NCBI GenBank assembly: GCA_041697335.1
Contig: JBGUGD010000018.1
Span: 1-28,930, forward strand
Reading direction: 5' to 3'
Length of the DNA: 28,930 nt
Source of the DNA: Vampirovibrionaceae bacterium NZW_1234
GTDB taxonomy: Bacteria > Cyanobacteriota > Vampirovibrionia > Vampirovibrionales > JAGQHJ01
The notes below the pieces were generated by a model, which was not told where the DNA came from, did no database searches, and saw only the letters and a list, made by a program, of their open reading frames with translations. Below, piece after piece: positions 20,207-28,692 of this stretch. The translations under genes were made by a program, and so were the position numbers. Numbering within the stretch: the first letter of the stretch is position 1; the number at the start of each line of letters is the position of its first letter.

Positions 20207-21346
20207 TTAAGACCCAAGGCGAGTTAAGTGGGTCTGGGGAAAATAATAGTGGAGAATGGCATCGTATTTTCGCCCTTTTCGGGCTTGTCCGGCAGCACCC
20301 CACTGGCAAAGGCCCACGCCGTGACCGGCGCCTCGGGAATGGATTTCTATATAATCCATGCCCTTGGCGTGAATGTCGAATTTTGTCCCGGGTGCTTTGT
20401 CCCAGCCAAACTTCTGACCCAGGCGCATCCAGAAGGCGTAGCTCCGTGTGGGGGCGGCGTTGCCCATGGAAATCCAGAGAGGCCGATGGCCATCATCCCA
20501 CGCTGTGATTTGGGGGAGCTTGGGGCCGAAGCTCTGGAAAAACAGCGGACGAGGGATCTGCGTCACGGTCGTGCTCCAAAAGGGCGAAGCTTTGCAATAA
20601 TCACACTTTACGGCGGTAAGGTAAGGTGTATGATGACCAGAGAAGAAACTGCCGGAACTGGTGTGGCCGGCACATGTACTGTGGTAAAGGGCTGAAATGG
20701 GACGGCCTTCATAAGTGAGCACCTGATTCCAGACAGACAAGACGGCTTTCTGGACCTCTGGGCGAAGTGGCCCCATGCCTAAAAACGATTCATCCTGGGT
20801 AGTGTCACTTAAAGGGGTATTGAGTTTCATTTTCGCCAGTCGGCTTTGGGTTAACACCGCCTGTGCTTTCAAGGCTTCGAGGGGCCAACCGGGGGGCGTT
20901 TCACTGCTGACAACGCTACTGACATAGAGGGGAGTGTTCAGTGTGTTTGTAATGACCAGTTGACGCTTTGTGTCCCGATGTATCGCCAATCTGCCATAAT
21001 AGCGGCGAGGCGCTCCGCCAGGCAAACTCAGTCTGAGACCATCTTCAGGCCCTGTATTCAGAACCAGCCGGGTGTAAGTGGCAGATTTTGCGGACAGGGC
21101 CTGACTTGGCTTCAAGCGAAGTCGGTCTTGATGAGGCGCAATCGTATAGCGGCCACATCGCCTAGTGATTGTGTGGTGCGGGTTGGCCAAGGTGAAGCAT
21201 CCATCAAGGATAAGGCTGGAGACCGAAGGCTGAGCCTCAAAGAGACGCACCGTAATCTCAGGGGGCAGTGCTCCCCAGACAATTCCAGACATCTGTGAAA
21301 GCAATACAAGGGCTGTAGCCGGAAGCCAAAGCATAGAGCGTCTCAT
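20207..21346 (-). CDS. SpoIID/LytB domain protein (putative lytic transglycosylase), exported
   Basis: RRYYGRL, YVSSVVSSETPPGWPLEALKAQAV, YHSTCAGHT, GAGHGVGLCQWGA, ILHYYFP. Signal peptide from ATG 21346, which overlaps the upstream gene's TGA (ATGA). Confidence 0.9.
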   Translation of the reverse strand: MRRSMLWLPATALVLLSQMSGIVWGALPPEITVRLFEAQPSVSSLILDGCFTLANPHHTITRRCGRYTIAPHQDRLRLKPSQALSAKSATYTRLVLNTGPEDGLRLSLPGGAPRRYYGRLAIHRDTKRQLVITNTLNTPLYVSSVVSSETPPGWPLEALKAQAVLTQSRLAKMKLNTPLSDTTQDESFLGMGPLRPEVQKAVLSVWNQVLTYEGRPISALYHSTCAGHTSSGSFFSGHHTPYLTAVKCDYCKASPFWSTTVTQIPRPLFFQSFGPKLPQITAWDDGHRPLWISMGNAAPTRSYAFWMRLGQKFGWDKAPGTKFDIHAKGMDYIEIHSRGAGHGVGLCQWGAAGQARKGRKYDAILHYYFPQTHLTRLGS

Positions 21347-22260
21347 AAAGAAAAATCCCACGAGCGAGAGTGTAAGGCTTGGCGCAATAGAGGGACAGCC
21401 TGATCCTGGCTGGTCCCCTGGGGGGCCCGAAGGCAAATGGCGTATCGGGGCTGGTGATAGGGGAAAAAACCCGAGATCCAGGATTGATAGCGATACCCAT
21501 GGTTTGTCGTACCGGTCTTAATGGCCAAGTGGAAATGATTCTTCGGATCCAGATGCTTACCAGTGCCCGAACGAGAGGCCAGATGCATGCCATTTGCCAG
21601 GAATCCCCAGGTCTCAGGGTGGATGACAGGGCTGTCAGAAGGAACCTGCCAGTGAGGGAGTTTTCCCTGGGTAGCAATCAGGCCGCTGAGGCGGAGCAAC
21701 TGGAACAGCGAGGATTGTAAATCGGGGGCAAGGCCGAGGATATAGTCCTGAACGGGTGATTGGGGGTGCTGAGGAAAAGCCCAAGGAAGATCGGGCAGAT
21801 TGGCTTGACGGGTTGGTGAGGCCAAGCCCAAGGCGCGTGCAAAACGCAGGAGTTCATGGATGTGAATAAGCGGTGTCAAATGAGCAAAGTAGCCATTGCA
21901 CGACTGGCCGAGCGCCTGAATAAGGGTAACTCGCCCATGAGGGGCTGAGCAGCGATACACATGGTTCTGAATCCGGAAGATTCCGGTGCATTCAAATTCC
22001 TTGTCGGGAGAAATCAGATGATGTTCAAGGACCATGGCCGTTGTGACGAGTTTCATCAGCGATCCGGGGGGACCGCTGGGGGGTATTGAGCCCGGATGAA
22101 ATAGGATGTTCGAAGTGTGTAAGTCCATCCATGCCCAGGGGACTTTTACGGGTGCAGGTTTTCCCAGGCTGGGCTCGGATAATACCCATGGCAACAGAAG
22201 AAGGCCCTTTACAAAGGCTCTTCGTGACAGTTGTGGTAACGGTAACAAATCGCAATCCAA
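21343..22260 (-). CDS. Penicillin-binding protein, transpeptidase domain only, with twin-arginine signal
   Basis: SxxK (PGSLMK), SxN (QSCNGYF), KTG (IKTGT), plus SWISGFFPY..PRYA typical of class B PBP transpeptidase domains. N-terminal SRRAFVK. TTG start. Confidence 0.85.
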   Translation of the reverse strand: MDCDLLPLPQLSRRAFVKGLLLLPWVLSEPSLGKPAPVKVPWAWMDLHTSNILFHPGSIPPSGPPGSLMKLVTTAMVLEHHLISPDKEFECTGIFRIQNHVYRCSAPHGRVTLIQALGQSCNGYFAHLTPLIHIHELLRFARALGLASPTRQANLPDLPWAFPQHPQSPVQDYILGLAPDLQSSLFQLLRLSGLIATQGKLPHWQVPSDSPVIHPETWGFLANGMHLASRSGTGKHLDPKNHFHLAIKTGTTNHGYRYQSWISGFFPYHQPRYAICLRAPQGTSQDQAVPLLRQALHSRSWDFSL

Positions 22261-22398
22261 TGCGTCAACCTGCTGTGTTTGCTGTATGGTGAAACTCTAA
22301 GAGAGGTTGATGATCATTGTACGGGTAGGATGTTCCTGGTGAAACCTGTTCCTTTTGGGAAGTCGTTTTTACACTCCATGTCACGATGCGTCGTGACC

Positions 22399-22980
22399 AT
22401 GGGATTCTCCTTGGTGCTGCTAGGGCTGATGTTCTCAATTTTCACGATGGCTTCGGCCCAGGCCATGACGACGTTGCCCCAGGTGGTTCGGATGACCATG
22501 GCGCAGTATTTCAGCCCCACACACACGCAGGACTGGAATCGATGGGCGGCGGGTATTCCGGTAAGCCCGATGTATAAGCAGCCCGCGGGTCTCTTTGTGA
22601 CTTTGAGCGTTAACGGCAGATCCCGAGCATGTTGGGGAACCCTCTTTCCCGAGCATGCCAATCAGGTCCAGGCCACCGTATTTAATACCCTGGGTGCCTT
22701 GACCAAGGAGTATCGCTTCCCTCCCATCCGCCCAGACGAATGGGAGCACCTGAAGCCCCAGGTCACTGTGGTTAAAGGCATCGAGCCTGTGTCATCACTG
22801 GCTGCCGTCAACCCCTTGCGTGATGGCTTGATGGTTCGTTCGGGCGGAAAGTCCGGTATTATTCTTCCCGGGGAAGCCCGGAATGCTCATTATCAATTGG
22901 TGCAATGCAAGTTGAAAGCCGGTATCCAGCCCGGGGAACGCTATCAGATCTATAGGATTCGGACCGATGTTTATCGCTAA
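22399..22980 (+). CDS. AMMECR1 domain protein with N-terminal signal peptide
   Basis: GLFVTL...RACWGT (cf. LRGCIG), EYRFPPI.PDE (cf. DPRF.P), GLMVRSGGKSGIILP, KLKAGI. Hydrophobic leader MGFSLVLLGLMFSIFTMASAQA. Start could be 22378 or 22330. Confidence 0.8.
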   Translation: MGFSLVLLGLMFSIFTMASAQAMTTLPQVVRMTMAQYFSPTHTQDWNRWAAGIPVSPMYKQPAGLFVTLSVNGRSRACWGTLFPEHANQVQATVFNTLGALTKEYRFPPIRPDEWEHLKPQVTVVKGIEPVSSLAAVNPLRDGLMVRSGGKSGIILPGEARNAHYQLVQCKLKAGIQPGERYQIYRIRTDVYR

Positions 22981-25900
22981 GCTCAAGCAGTCCTGGACAT
23001 GGGTATTGGCCCTGGCTGCCATGGTGACATTATTGGCCTTTGCAGTTGGGTTGGAACGCCCGGTTGGGGCCCTGGAAGGGCGCATCGCTATTGAGCAGCA
23101 AGGATTTAATCTGGCCAGCTATGACATTCGGGGACAGAAGGTTTATGCCCTGGCCATTGGCCCTCGAGGCGATCGTAACGTCCTGGAACGTGGGGTCTGG
23201 GTCAATCCCGACGGAAGCTTTCGTATTGAACGGCTTCCTGTAGGCGAATATGCCCTACGTGTCAGAGCACCGGGCTTTGCCACCGAGAATAAGTATGGGC
23301 TATATGTGGATGAGGGCCGCATCCATACCGTAGCGCCCATTCGCCTTCACCTGTTGGCTCCGTCGGTGAACTTGGCTTCCAATACCCGGGTTTTTACAAC
23401 CAAAGAGCAGCCGTCGTTCTGGATTAATGCCTCCGGGGCAAACCGAGCGGTGGTGAAACTGTATCGCCGCGACGCCCTACCGATGATTCAAAATTCAGGA
23501 ACACTGGCGGCAAGTCAAAATCTGTATTTCAGTACCAGTTTGAATCTCTACAAGCCCACTGGGGCTATAAATACAGCCTTTATCAATCAGACACCCATTG
23601 AGGTGTTTGAGCGCAAGCTGGAAACCGATTTTGAAGATTGGGCCAGAACGCCTATGAAGCTGGCCAAGCCCTTGCCCGTAGGCGACTACTTCGCCGTGGC
23701 CGAGGTCTATAACTTCCAAAGCCAGCAGGATTGGAATGCCATGTGGTTTTCCGTCACCGATGTGGGCCTGGTCATCAAACATGCCCCGGAAAAAGCGGTG
23801 GTCAGAGCTGTTGACTTGAATACGTTGAAGCCTCGTCCCGGTGTCAATGTCGCGTTATACGCCTCTGACTTTCAGACTCCGGTGGCTCCAGCGGCGCAAA
23901 CGGATGCCAATGGCCTGGTCGAATTCCCCGTGCCGAAAGCCTACGGCGAAAAGAGTTACACAAACTTTCTGGCGGTAGGGACCCATGGCCAAGAGCGGGC
24001 CTATGGTGGAATCTCTTTTTATCGAGCTCATTCAGACAAGTATCGGACTTATTTTTACACCGAGCGCCCTGTATATCGGTTAGGGCAAACCGTGTACTTC
24101 AAAGGCATGGTCCGGGTTCTCGATCCCGATGGTCTGCATTTGCCTGAAGGCAGCCTGCCTGTTCATGTTGCTGTTGAAGACCCGGATGGGACGAAAATCT
24201 GGGAAGGCCCTTTTCAGACCAATGGCCATGGCACCTTTAACGGGACCTTTACGCTTCCCGAGGAAGCCAAGACGGGGGCCTACCAAGTCTCCATGAGGTA
24301 TCCGGACAATACGTATTCCTATGCCTGGTTTGAGGTGGCCCAATACCGTAAACCCGAGTATCAGGTGGAGGTCATTCCTATACAGTCCCGAGCTGTGGTG
24401 GGTGACACGGTCAAAGCGCGGGTTCGGGCCACGTATTATTTTGGTGCTCCCGTGACCCATGCCAAAGTCCACTACTCCGTCTATGAATCGGTGGATTGGG
24501 CGGGTCGTTCTCGATTGATGAATCGCCCCGAGTATGAATCCTACTATGATTCCTGGGATCCGGATATGGACTCCGGTTCCTATGACGGCGATCTGGTTAC
24601 TGAGGGTTATATCCAGACCGATGAAAATGGCGAGGCCATTGTTGAATTCAGGACCCACCCGCCACAAAAACCAGCCAATGGGCCCTATGGGACTGATTTT
24701 TATGACAAACGCTACAAAATCCAGGCCGATGTCACCGACTTGAGCCGTATGACGGTTGTGGGAAGCGGAACATTACCTGTGTCCATGGCCAATTTTGCGG
24801 TTTTTATCAAGCCGAGTTCCGAAGTGGTCCGTCAAGGCGAAGCCATTTCTGCCGATGTGATGGCCGTCGATTATGAGGGCAGGCCTGTAGCCAACCAAAC
24901 CATTGACGTGAGCCTGGTCCGTTGGATATGGGATATCCGGCGGGGGGAATATCGTAGCAAGCAGGTTCCGCAGACGGCCTCCGTCAAAACCGATGAAAGT
25001 GGCAAGGCCCACCTGACCCTGCAAACCGATTCGGCTGGTATGACCGACGTCTACTACCTGACGGCAGTTGCTCAGGATCAAAAAGGGCGGCCGGTGTTTG
25101 ACGAACATTCGGTCTGGATTGCCAGCCCCAATCAGCCCTATCTTTTGTCTCCCAAAGAAGCCCAACAGCAAGCCCTTTCCGTGCGCCTCGACAAGTCGGT
25201 TTATCAACCCGGCGAAACTGCCAAGATTATGGTGGCTGCCCCGGTTACAGGTAAAGAGGGAACCCAGGCCCTGTTAGCCATTGAGGGTACCCGCTTGCAT
25301 GAGTATCGGTTAATCGACCTGGATGCTTCGGCCAAATTGGTGGAAGTTCCTTTAAAGGCCGAGTATGAGCCCAATGTCAATGTCACGGTAACCTATGTGG
25401 GCCAGAAACATCAGTTTTATACCCAGTCTCACATGATTAAAGTAACGCCCCACAAGCACTTTCTCCAGCTTGCAGTCCAAACGGACAAACCCAAGTATCA
25501 TCCCGGGGACGAGGTGACCTTGCGTGTGCATGCACAATATCCGGACGGCAAACCAGCGGCAAAGACCGAGCTTTCGATTGGTGTAGTGGATGAGAGCATC
25601 TATGCCATTCGGGCTGATCAGAGCGAGAATATTCAGCAATTCTTTTACGATGAGCGCGCAAATTGGGTGACGACAACCAGCTCATTCCCGGAAGAATATT
25701 CCGGCGGGCCGGATAAGATTGAGCCCCGCATGCGCAAGGACTTCCGGGATGTTGCTGCCTGGTTCCCCACGGCCATGACCGATGAGAACGGAGATGCCAT
25801 AGTGACATTCAGGGTTCCGGATAACCTGACCACCTGGCGAGCCACGGTCCGTGGTATTACTCAGGCTACCGATGTCGGCTCGGCCATTGGGAGCTTCATC

Positions 25901-27958
25901 GCAACCCAGGATCTGATTGTTCGTCTGGCCTTGCCCCGCTTCTTCACGCAGTGGGATGAAGGCGTCGTGACCGCCATTGTTCATAACTACACGGAGCATC
26001 CTCAGGACATTCAAGTGGCGCTCTCCATGCCGTCCCTGCTTACGACCAAACATCGCCTGGTACAAACCCTGAATGTGAAGCCCGAAGGTGCTCAGCGAAT
26101 TACATGGCCGGTTTCAGTCCAGACACCTGGGCAGGCTACGTTTCAGGTCAAGGCCATCGGGCAGACCGCCGGAGATGCCTTGGAGAAAACCATTCCGATT
26201 TTGCCGTTGGGGATGCCTGTTGAGAAGATCCAGAGCGGTACAATGACCCTGGACGCCACTTCTGTGTCTCTCCCGGTAACTTTACCTCCAGGGGTGGCCA
26301 TGGAAACCGTCAGGTACCATATTGCTTTGGCGGCGTCGACCCTGGGGCCCGTTATTGGGAGCTTTGATGCACTCATTGATTATCCTTACGGTTGTACAGA
26401 GCAGACCATGAGTCGGCTAATACCATCCATTCTGGCTATCCGACTAAATCAAACCTTGAATGTGCCTTTAAGCGATTCGGCCCGGGCCCGTTTTGAGGAC
26501 GTGTATCGTAAGGGCATAGCCCGCCTCCGTGAGATGCATCATGGTGACGGTGGCTGGGGCTGGTGGGAATTTGATGAAAGCCAGGCTCAGATGACGGCCT
26601 ATGTTCTCGAAGGGCTGATGATGCTTCGCCAGGCTGGCTATGCGGTTGACGATGATCTGGTGTCATCCGGTCGGGAGTGGCTTCGAAAGGCGATGCCGGA
26701 ATTGCAGAGGCAACTGTCTGATCCCAAGCTGGCCAAGGAAGGGGTGGCGGATGCCCGGATTGATTTGGCGATGATGGCCCATGCTGCAAGCCTTCATGGA
26801 GATAAGGTTTCCGATAAGCTCTCGTCTTGGGCGAAATCCCGCGTCTCCTCGGCATCACCCGAAGAACTCGCGTACTGGGCATTGGCCTTCCACAAGGCGA
26901 ATCAATCTGCCTTGGCCAAACTGGCGCTATCGGAACTGATGAGTCTGGCGCATCAAAGCGGGGAATTGATGGATTGGGACAATACACCCCAGATGAGGCG
27001 CCGTTTAGAGCAACGTCAGCAGGAATATACCTATCGATTTACCGGTGTCGAGCGAACCGCGCTGGCCCTCAGGGCTTTGTTGGCGGTTAGTCCGGATAAT
27101 ACGGGTGCCATTGAAGCCACTCGACGTTGGTTATTGACGCAACGGGGCAAGGATGGCTGGGATAACACGAAAACCACCTCCCAGGTCCTTCAGGCCTTAA
27201 TGGCGGAAGCCATTCACACGGGTGGTTCGGCCAAACCCGAGTTTCTGGCGACACTTCGTTTAATGAATGACGTTCTGGCCGAGCAATCGTTTAATGCGGC
27301 CAATGCCTATGGCCCCGAAATTCTCTTCAAGCCCAATCTGGCCCAGATTGTAGGGCAGGAGCTAACCCTGCTGAAGGAAGGTATTGGGCGTTTGTTCTAT
27401 GCCAGTGTGCTCAGTTATATGCACCCACTCAAGCCTGGCGATACGGTGAAGGAACCATCCCGGCCGGAAGGCTTGCGCATCTATCGGGAGTTCTTCCGTC
27501 TTGAAGCTCAAGCGATGACCAGTGACGGTAAGATTCATTTTCGCACCAAACCCTTGGGCAACCAGGCGCTTAAAGCCGGGGAAACGGTGTTGATGAAGGT
27601 CTTTATCGAATCCCCTATCACCTTGCCCTATATTCTGTTGGAAGCAGCCTTGCCCAGTGGGGGTGAGGTCATCATGAACGATCCCCGGTTGAACACTCTG
27701 GATGAGGAGCAATCCCCCGAAGCGGATTCCGATATTACCGGCGATTGGGGGACCTGGTGGTGGGAACACCAGGATGTCCTTGATGATCGGGTGGTGTTCT
27801 TTGCAACACAACTCCCTGCAGGCAAGACCAGTTTCCACACCATGATTCGCATGGAGATGCCGGGTACGTTTCAGATGAATCCGGCTCGTCTGGAAGGGAT
27901 GTACACACGAAACATCCGTGCTTACTCTGACCTGAATCACCTTCGGGTTACCGAGTAG
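22967..27958 (+). CDS. Bacterial alpha-2-macroglobulin family protein with thioester motif
   Basis: MG2 motif YTERPVYRLGQTVYF, YYFGAPV, LDKSVYQPGE, VVDESIY, RKDF...AWFP, PDNLTTWR, thioester YPYGCTEQ (CTEQ at 26393-26404), DGGWGWW, C-terminal PA.LEGMY. Overlaps the upstream gene by 14 nt. Confidence 0.95.
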   Translation: MFIAKLKQSWTWVLALAAMVTLLAFAVGLERPVGALEGRIAIEQQGFNLASYDIRGQKVYALAIGPRGDRNVLERGVWVNPDGSFRIERLPVGEYALRVRAPGFATENKYGLYVDEGRIHTVAPIRLHLLAPSVNLASNTRVFTTKEQPSFWINASGANRAVVKLYRRDALPMIQNSGTLAASQNLYFSTSLNLYKPTGAINTAFINQTPIEVFERKLETDFEDWARTPMKLAKPLPVGDYFAVAEVYNFQSQQDWNAMWFSVTDVGLVIKHAPEKAVVRAVDLNTLKPRPGVNVALYASDFQTPVAPAAQTDANGLVEFPVPKAYGEKSYTNFLAVGTHGQERAYGGISFYRAHSDKYRTYFYTERPVYRLGQTVYFKGMVRVLDPDGLHLPEGSLPVHVAVEDPDGTKIWEGPFQTNGHGTFNGTFTLPEEAKTGAYQVSMRYPDNTYSYAWFEVAQYRKPEYQVEVIPIQSRAVVGDTVKARVRATYYFGAPVTHAKVHYSVYESVDWAGRSRLMNRPEYESYYDSWDPDMDSGSYDGDLVTEGYIQTDENGEAIVEFRTHPPQKPANGPYGTDFYDKRYKIQADVTDLSRMTVVGSGTLPVSMANFAVFIKPSSEVVRQGEAISADVMAVDYEGRPVANQTIDVSLVRWIWDIRRGEYRSKQVPQTASVKTDESGKAHLTLQTDSAGMTDVYYLTAVAQDQKGRPVFDEHSVWIASPNQPYLLSPKEAQQQALSVRLDKSVYQPGETAKIMVAAPVTGKEGTQALLAIEGTRLHEYRLIDLDASAKLVEVPLKAEYEPNVNVTVTYVGQKHQFYTQSHMIKVTPHKHFLQLAVQTDKPKYHPGDEVTLRVHAQYPDGKPAAKTELSIGVVDESIYAIRADQSENIQQFFYDERANWVTTTSSFPEEYSGGPDKIEPRMRKDFRDVAAWFPTAMTDENGDAIVTFRVPDNLTTWRATVRGITQATDVGSAIGSFIATQDLIVRLALPRFFTQWDEGVVTAIVHNYTEHPQDIQVALSMPSLLTTKHRLVQTLNVKPEGAQRITWPVSVQTPGQATFQVKAIGQTAGDALEKTIPILPLGMPVEKIQSGTMTLDATSVSLPVTLPPGVAMETVRYHIALAASTLGPVIGSFDALIDYPYGCTEQTMSRLIPSILAIRLNQTLNVPLSDSARARFEDVYRKGIARLREMHHGDGGWGWWEFDESQAQMTAYVLEGLMMLRQAGYAVDDDLVSSGREWLRKAMPELQRQLSDPKLAKEGVADARIDLAMMAHAASLHGDKVSDKLSSWAKSRVSSASPEELAYWALAFHKANQSALAKLALSELMSLAHQSGELMDWDNTPQMRRRLEQRQQEYTYRFTGVERTALALRALLAVSPDNTGAIEATRRWLLTQRGKDGWDNTKTTSQVLQALMAEAIHTGGSAKPEFLATLRLMNDVLAEQSFNAANAYGPEILFKPNLAQIVGQELTLLKEGIGRLFYASVLSYMHPLKPGDTVKEPSRPEGLRIYREFFRLEAQAMTSDGKIHFRTKPLGNQALKAGETVLMKVFIESPITLPYILLEAALPSGGEVIMNDPRLNTLDEEQSPEADSDITGDWGTWWWEHQDVLDDRVVFFATQLPAGKTSFHTMIRMEMPGTFQMNPARLEGMYTRNIRAYSDLNHLRVTE

Positions 27959-27975
27959 GCAAGTCGGGAGGAACG

Positions 27976-28692
27976 ATGGTCCGGCTTTCAGTGTTGTTCT
28001 GGCTTGGTCTTCCCGTGGCCCTCAGTGTCCTGTTGTTTTTCGGGCAGCCCTTTTCCCGGCCGGTGGCCATGAAATCTCTATCCCTTGATCCGTTGACCCC
28101 ATCCCAGCGCCTGAATCTTCAGGAAGCAGCCCAACGTCTGGATGGGGTGGTCTTAGCGCCCCGACAACAATTTTCCTTTAACCGCCAGGTCGGCCCCAGG
28201 ACTCGTCATCGGGGGTTTGCCGCATCGCCCTCCTACGTGGAAGCCGCCAGCCCGGACAGCATTGGTGGTGGAATTTGCATCCTATCTTCTCTTCTTTACC
28301 AGGCGGCTTTGGAGCATGGGATGCGTATTCATCAGCGTGTCCCCCACCTTCGCCCGATGAGAACCATTTTGCCGGGCCTGGACGCCACGGTGTGGTATGG
28401 TCAAGCCGACCTTGTCTTTGAAAACACGACATCCGTCCCCATCCAGCTCAAGACGCAGGTACAGCAGCAAACTTTGTCTGTCGGGTTTGTCGCTCGTCAG
28501 GCTCTCCCTGCTACGCCTGTGACTCGGCGGGCGCATCAGCTGTCGCCGGAGCAACTTCAGGTAACGGTGTTTCGGCGAATTGATGATCGAGATGTGCTGG
28601 TATCCAGAGATTTATACCGCCTGACGTCGCATCGCCATTTTTTGGGTCACCAGCGCGTAAACAGCGACAATAACAATGAGCGCCCCCAGTAG
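27976..28692 (+). CDS. VanW family protein
   Basis: NL..AA.RLDGVVLAPRQQFSFNRQVGPRT...GF, GGGIC.LSS.LY, PGLDATV.YG..DL.FEN. N-terminal anchor; GGAGG RBS. Confidence 0.9.
   Translation: MVRLSVLFWLGLPVALSVLLFFGQPFSRPVAMKSLSLDPLTPSQRLNLQEAAQRLDGVVLAPRQQFSFNRQVGPRTRHRGFAASPSYVEAASPDSIGGGICILSSLLYQAALEHGMRIHQRVPHLRPMRTILPGLDATVWYGQADLVFENTTSVPIQLKTQVQQQTLSVGFVARQALPATPVTRRAHQLSPEQLQVTVFRRIDDRDVLVSRDLYRLTSHRHFLGHQRVNSDNNNERPQ

Noticed and set aside
14409..28692. Vancomycin-resistance cluster (VanX + histidine kinase + VanW)
   Set aside because: No D-Ala-D-Lac ligase, VanH or response regulator; genes are dispersed and the kinase is not VanS-like.
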